From Candidatus Kuenenia stuttgartensis (GTDB taxonomy: Bacteria > Planctomycetota > Brocadiia > Brocadiales > Brocadiaceae): 32,000 nucleotides of DNA. The DNA lies in contig NZ_LT934425.1 in the NCBI RefSeq assembly GCF_900232105.1, positions 1,264,061-1,296,060 on the forward strand. The letters run 5' to 3'. The notes under the pieces are model-generated. The model was not told where the DNA came from and did not search any database. It saw only the letters and a program-made list of their open reading frames with translations. The position numbers were made by a program, and so were the translations under genes. Shown piece by piece: positions 28,107 through 32,000 of the stretch (the first letter of the stretch is position 1; each line of letters opens with the position of its first letter).

Positions 28107-28976
28107 TTATGACAATAATCCATAATCTTCTAATACAGTCTTTAGTCTTTCCTCATTTTCTTTCGTTATCTCGCACAGTGGCAAACGCATCTCACCGTTT
28201 AGCCTCCCTAATAATTTCATAGCCGTCTTGACAGGAATGGGATTTGTCTCGATAAACATCCCTTTGCATAACGGAAAGAGCTTGTAGTGGTATTCCAACG
28301 CCTTTCCGAAATTGCCTTCTAAGCAATGCCTGACGAGAGCGGCGGTATCGGACGGGGCTATATTGGCGGTTACCGATATTACCCCTTTCCCTCCCACGGA
28401 CATAATAGGGAGGATAAGGGAATCTTCTCCGGAAAGAACTGTTATATTGCACAGTTGCGATATTTTAGTTGCCTGATCGATATTTCCGCTAGCATCTTTT
28501 ATTGCAACAATGTTTTTCATTTCAGCAAGCCTTGCCACGGTTTCGGGCAAAATAGAAATACCCGTCCTGGAAGGTACATTATATATTACAATGGGAATAT
28601 CAACCTCTTCTGCTATTGCTTTATAATGCCGGTAAAGCCCTTCAGGGGTCGGTTTATTATAATAAGGAGTAATGACCAACGCGCCGTCTGCCCCTGTTTT
28701 TCTGGCATGTTTTGTCAAATGGATGGCTTCTTTGGTATTGTTCGAACCCGCTCCCGCGATAACGGGTATTCTGCCGGATACATAATTTACCACCTCGCTT
28801 ACCACCTGTTCATGTTCTTCAAAAGAAAGCGTTGCGGCCTCGCCGGTTGTGCCGCAGGGAACGATTCCATTTGTTCCGTTCTCAATATGAAATTCAACAA
28901 GCTCTTTTAATTTTTTATAATCAACTTGCCCATTATTAAAGGGGGTTACCAAGGCCACAAGGGAACCTTTAAACAT
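28107..28976 (-). CDS. dapA: 4-hydroxy-tetrahydrodipicolinate synthase
   Basis: '[10 protein letters not shown]', '[10 protein letters not shown]', 'ITPYYNKP' and 'YNVPSRTG'. I prefer the ATG at 28976 (AAGGAG 7 nt upstream) over the TTG at 28982 used by the ORF track. Confidence 0.93.
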   Translation of the reverse strand: MFKGSLVALVTPFNNGQVDYKKLKELVEFHIENGTNGIVPCGTTGEAATLSFEEHEQVVSEVVNYVSGRIPVIAGAGSNNTKEAIHLTKHARKTGADGALVITPYYNKPTPEGLYRHYKAIAEEVDIPIVIYNVPSRTGISILPETVARLAEMKNIVAIKDASGNIDQATKISQLCNITVLSGEDSLILPIMSVGGKGVISVTANIAPSDTAALVRHCLEGNFGKALEYHYKLFPLCKGMFIETNPIPVKTAMKLLGRLNGEMRLPLCEITKENEERLKTVLEDYGLLS

Positions 28977-29106
28977 AATCAAGCTCCTTTTTCAGAAATA
29001 ACAAAAACACAATTATGGTACGCAAGAAATAACGCTTTCTACCTTTTGAAATGCAATCGTTTATTTAAGTCAGGCCTTCGGCGAAAATTCCTATATAAAT
29101 TACAGG

Positions 29107-29856
29107 TTAGTCCAACGAAGTCCCCGGCTTTGCCATACTGTGCCTGAAAATCAAATCCTTCATTTCCTGCACGGCTTTTTTTATTCCGACAAAAACAGAT
29201 CGGGAAACGATGCTATGCCCGATATGCAACTCTTCTACATCCAGTGATTCCACGATATGTCCAACATTTTGATAAGTTAACCCATGCCCTGCATTTACCC
29301 TTAAACCTAAACCATGCGCAATCTTAATGCCTTGTCTGAGTTTTTCCGTCCATTTCGCCCTTAAGTTCACATCCTTCGCATTTGCGTAATTACCTGTATG
29401 CAGTTCTATAAACTGTGACCCAACCTCTTTTGCAGCAATAATCTGTTCTTCTTCAGGATCTATAAAAAGACTTATCAATATGCCTGCATCGGCAAGTCGT
29501 TTTACCACCCTGCCAATAACACTTTTTTGTGACGCCACATCAAGTCCGCCCTCGGTGGTAACCTCTTGCCTTTTTTCAGGTACGAGGGCGACCTGTTCGG
29601 GTTTTGTTTTAATTGCTATGTCTACAATTTCATCCGCAATGGACATCTCAAGGTTTAGTTTGGTAAAAACCGTTTCCCTGAGTAATAGTATATCCCGGTC
29701 TTGTATGTGCCTTCTGTCTTCTCTCAAATGAACGGTAATAATATCTGCGCCGCCAAGAATTGCAAAAGAGGCGGCAGTCACAGGATCTGGTTCATACGTC
29801 TTTCTTGCCTGACGGAGGGTAGCAACGTGGTCGATGTTTACTCCTAACTTTATCAT
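29107..29856 (-). CDS. pdxJ: Pyridoxine 5'-phosphate synthase
   Basis: 'LGVNIDHVATLRQAR', 'ITVHLREDRRHI', 'EFHTG'-type 'IELHTGNYA' and 'VNAGHGL'. Confidence 0.93.
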   Translation of the reverse strand: MIKLGVNIDHVATLRQARKTYEPDPVTAASFAILGGADIITVHLREDRRHIQDRDILLLRETVFTKLNLEMSIADEIVDIAIKTKPEQVALVPEKRQEVTTEGGLDVASQKSVIGRVVKRLADAGILISLFIDPEEEQIIAAKEVGSQFIELHTGNYANAKDVNLRAKWTEKLRQGIKIAHGLGLRVNAGHGLTYQNVGHIVESLDVEELHIGHSIVSRSVFVGIKKAVQEMKDLIFRHSMAKPGTSLD

Positions 29857-30863
29857 TGTTTTCCGCTTTCTGAAGGGTTCTCCCTTTCCCTGATATCAAG
29901 GTGGGCATCGGGCAATTTATCAACAATTTCAAGGTTTTTGCTTAAATGGCATTTAATCGGCTGTTTGTAGGGTCCCGGGGGTTTTAATGAAGTAACATCA
30001 ACATAGGGCAAGATATCCTCCGGATTCAGCTTTTCCAGCAAAAGCTTTGAACCTTTTATTTTTATATTGACGTACTCATCTCTCAATTTAATAACATACG
30101 GATAATTATCCGGCATCAGTATTTTTATTTTTAACTTTTCTATAACCCTGGTTTCCTGTTTTTCCACCACTTGCAGCCACATGCGTATATCCTGATCGCA
30201 GACAACTGGTACCGTAATGCTTTTATCTCCATGTTTAACGGTTACTTTTTGATCAATCTCAATTCGCCAGGGAAAGGTGCGGTTTTGTTCAACGGTAATA
30301 CCTCCAATATCGACTGGTATCGTGTTGATGGAGACAACCTCTTTTAAAGCATTCAAAGGGCCTTCAACTTCTACCTCGGCGGGAAAAACAAATTCATTCG
30401 CAATGGTATATCCGATAGCAGGCTCCCCCTTTTTTTGCAAATTAACCTTAAGCCTTTTTTTTTGCAATTTTCCCAGTAAGATGCTTACTTTTTCAGGGTA
30501 AACGGATATTAATTTGACGGAATTAGGCAAGCCGAGATGCTCTCTGCCAATAATTACCGTCTGTTTGATTTGATCCTCAATTCCCTCCGGAGATTCCTGG
30601 ATAACGTATTTTGCATGAACTTTTTGGTCTTTGATCAGACCCTTCGTAGTTTCAATCACATTTTGAGGGCCTCTGAGATGCACCACAATATCTTCCGCAC
30701 TTTGCTCAAGCACCGTAATTCCTGTTGGGACAGAAACTGATAGCCTCACAACCTCTGTCAAATCTTCCGTATGCCTGTTAATTGCATACAGCCAGAGGGC
30801 GATTGCCATCACTAATGCCATAAATTTTGTGAGAAGATTGCCGGTAATTATTTCTTTAATCAC
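29853..30863 (-). CDS. cdaR: YbbR-domain protein (CdaR-like regulator of diadenylate cyclase)
   Basis: An N-terminal TM helix followed by repeated YbbR-like beta modules. It lies immediately downstream of cdaA, and its stop overlaps the pdxJ start (ATGA). Confidence 0.78.
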   Translation of the reverse strand: MIKEIITGNLLTKFMALVMAIALWLYAINRHTEDLTEVVRLSVSVPTGITVLEQSAEDIVVHLRGPQNVIETTKGLIKDQKVHAKYVIQESPEGIEDQIKQTVIIGREHLGLPNSVKLISVYPEKVSILLGKLQKKRLKVNLQKKGEPAIGYTIANEFVFPAEVEVEGPLNALKEVVSINTIPVDIGGITVEQNRTFPWRIEIDQKVTVKHGDKSITVPVVCDQDIRMWLQVVEKQETRVIEKLKIKILMPDNYPYVIKLRDEYVNIKIKGSKLLLEKLNPEDILPYVDVTSLKPPGPYKQPIKCHLSKNLEIVDKLPDAHLDIRERENPSESGKQ

Positions 30864-30865
30864 GA

Positions 30866-31687
30866 CTATTTAGTCCTGGAAAGGCTAAACTTTTCAGAGG
30901 ATAGTTCATTCAGAATCTTTTTCAATTCTTTGTCATCAACCCCACGGTTCAATGTCCCTTTGTATGTCACAGACACATTGCCCGTCTCCTCAGATACCAC
31001 AATCACAATTGCGTCCGTTTCCTCTGTAAGCCCGACAGCCGCCCGGTGACGTGTTCCCAGCTCTTTTGATAATTCTTTATTTCCGGTAAGCGGCAACAAA
31101 CATCCGGCAGCGCTTATTTTCTGCTCCTGAATAATCACCGCACCATCGTGCAATGGAGAACCTGGCCAGAAGATAGAGCATAGCAGTTCACTGGTGGCAT
31201 CAGCATTTAGTTTAATCCCGGTTTCTGCAAAGTTGTTCAGGCCTGCTTCCCTTTCTATAGCAATAAGAGCGCCTATTCTCTTTTTTGATAAAATGCCGAC
31301 AGCCTTAAGTATTTCATCAACTACCCGGTAATCAGGTTTTGCCATTACGCTGAAAACAGGGCTCTGACCAAGCCTAAACAATGCACGCCGGAATTCCGGT
31401 TGAAATAAAATAATCATTGGCACAATAAACACCGGCACAAATTCCGTTACCAGCCAATTGATTGTATATAATTGCAGTTTCCTTATAAAAAACAATATAC
31501 CTACGGAGATTAAAACAATAATAAACGCCACACCTCTTAAAATGCTTGTACCACTAGTACCCTGCATGATTCTGAGAACGGCATAAAGCATTATATAAAT
31601 AAGAAATATCTCCCCCGCTGACCGTAGAATCATACGCCCGCTGATATCTCCGAATAATATTGACAGGTTTTCTAACATCTTAAGCAT
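30866..31687 (-). CDS. cdaA: Membrane-bound diadenylate cyclase CdaA
   Basis: Three N-terminal TM segments, then a DAC domain with 'PLHDGAVII', 'GTRHRAAVGLTEETDAIVIVVSEETG'. Confidence 0.9.
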   Translation of the reverse strand: MLKMLENLSILFGDISGRMILRSAGEIFLIYIMLYAVLRIMQGTSGTSILRGVAFIIVLISVGILFFIRKLQLYTINWLVTEFVPVFIVPMIILFQPEFRRALFRLGQSPVFSVMAKPDYRVVDEILKAVGILSKKRIGALIAIEREAGLNNFAETGIKLNADATSELLCSIFWPGSPLHDGAVIIQEQKISAAGCLLPLTGNKELSKELGTRHRAAVGLTEETDAIVIVVSEETGNVSVTYKGTLNRGVDDKELKKILNELSSEKFSLSRTK

Positions 31688-32000
31688 TCCTTATCGCATC
31701 GCATATTGTTGCCACATGGACAGCAGCTTTCACATCATGTACCCGTATGATATTTGCGCCATTCATAATTGACACGGCAAGGGTGGCAAGCGTTCCGTAT
31801 AACCGCTCCTGTGCCGAAACATTCAATAGCGCTCCAATAAAATTTTTCCGTGATGTGCCTATTAACAAAGGATATCCCATTCCCTTAAACTCGTATAGCT
31901 TTTTCAGTATTTCAAGATTTTGCTGCATAGTCTTGCCAAAACCTATCCCCGGATCCAAAATTATTTTACTTTTCTCAATTCCTGCTTCCATTGCGGTAGA
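31680..32000 (-). CDS. folP: Dihydropteroate synthase, C-terminal part (5' end outside the window)
   Basis: 'ILDPGIGFGKT', 'LLIGTSRKNFIG' and 'IIRVHDV'. The frame stays open to nt 32000. The stop overlaps the cdaA start by 8 nt. Confidence 0.88.
   Translation of the reverse strand, partial: STAMEAGIEKSKIILDPGIGFGKTMQQNLEILKKLYEFKGMGYPLLIGTSRKNFIGALLNVSAQERLYGTLATLAVSIMNGANIIRVHDVKAAVHVATICDAIRNA

Noticed and set aside
28326-28910. 194-aa ORF antisense to dapA. Similar cases are 6994..7524 opposite plsX, 5471..5854 and 3651..4067 opposite alaS, and 24426..24818 opposite the TolC-like gene.
   Set aside because: All lie wholly inside confidently identified genes on the other strand, and all have odd composition (Cys/Arg/Phe- or Ser-rich). 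There is no independent support for them.

Overview
This window is mostly core housekeeping chromosome from an AT-rich diderm bacterium. LpxD, a TolC-family outer-membrane protein and an M48 lipoprotein protease are present. I cannot assign a taxon by eye.

Plus-strand block (1-14244):
- gltX (5' partial), thpR, recA and alaS
- a 420-bp gene-free spacer
- rpmF-plsX-fabH-fabD-acpP-fabF, then lpxD and glmS

Middle of the window:
- msrA (minus strand, with a signal peptide), cysC and fcl
- an intact IS701-family element
- a secreted hypothetical protein (minus strand)
- a 600-bp gene-free spacer
- a PSP1/RicT-like gene, metG, an M48 lipoprotein protease and tRNA-Leu(CAA)

Minus-strand block:
- a TolC-family gene, then an intact IS1380-family element
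- folE, dapA and pdxJ-cdaR-cdaA-folP (folP is 5' partial at the window edge)

I found no CRISPR array, defence island, toxin-antitoxin pair, biosynthetic cluster or other multi-gene system of unknown function. Only one CDS (19033..19590) has no family assignment.

The observations worth a second look are modest:
- two intact IS copies with target-site duplications, one placed ISEcp1-style in front of the TolC-like gene
- three kinds of palindromic intergenic elements, two of them with additional partial copies in the window
- a fab operon without fabG or yceD
- long promoter-bearing untranslated regions upstream of rpmF and the PSP1 gene
- an exported MsrA
- an SD-led uORF overlapping the fcl start
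- a translationally coupled folP-cdaA-cdaR-pdxJ unit

All functional calls rest on motif and family recognition by eye. No database search was run.
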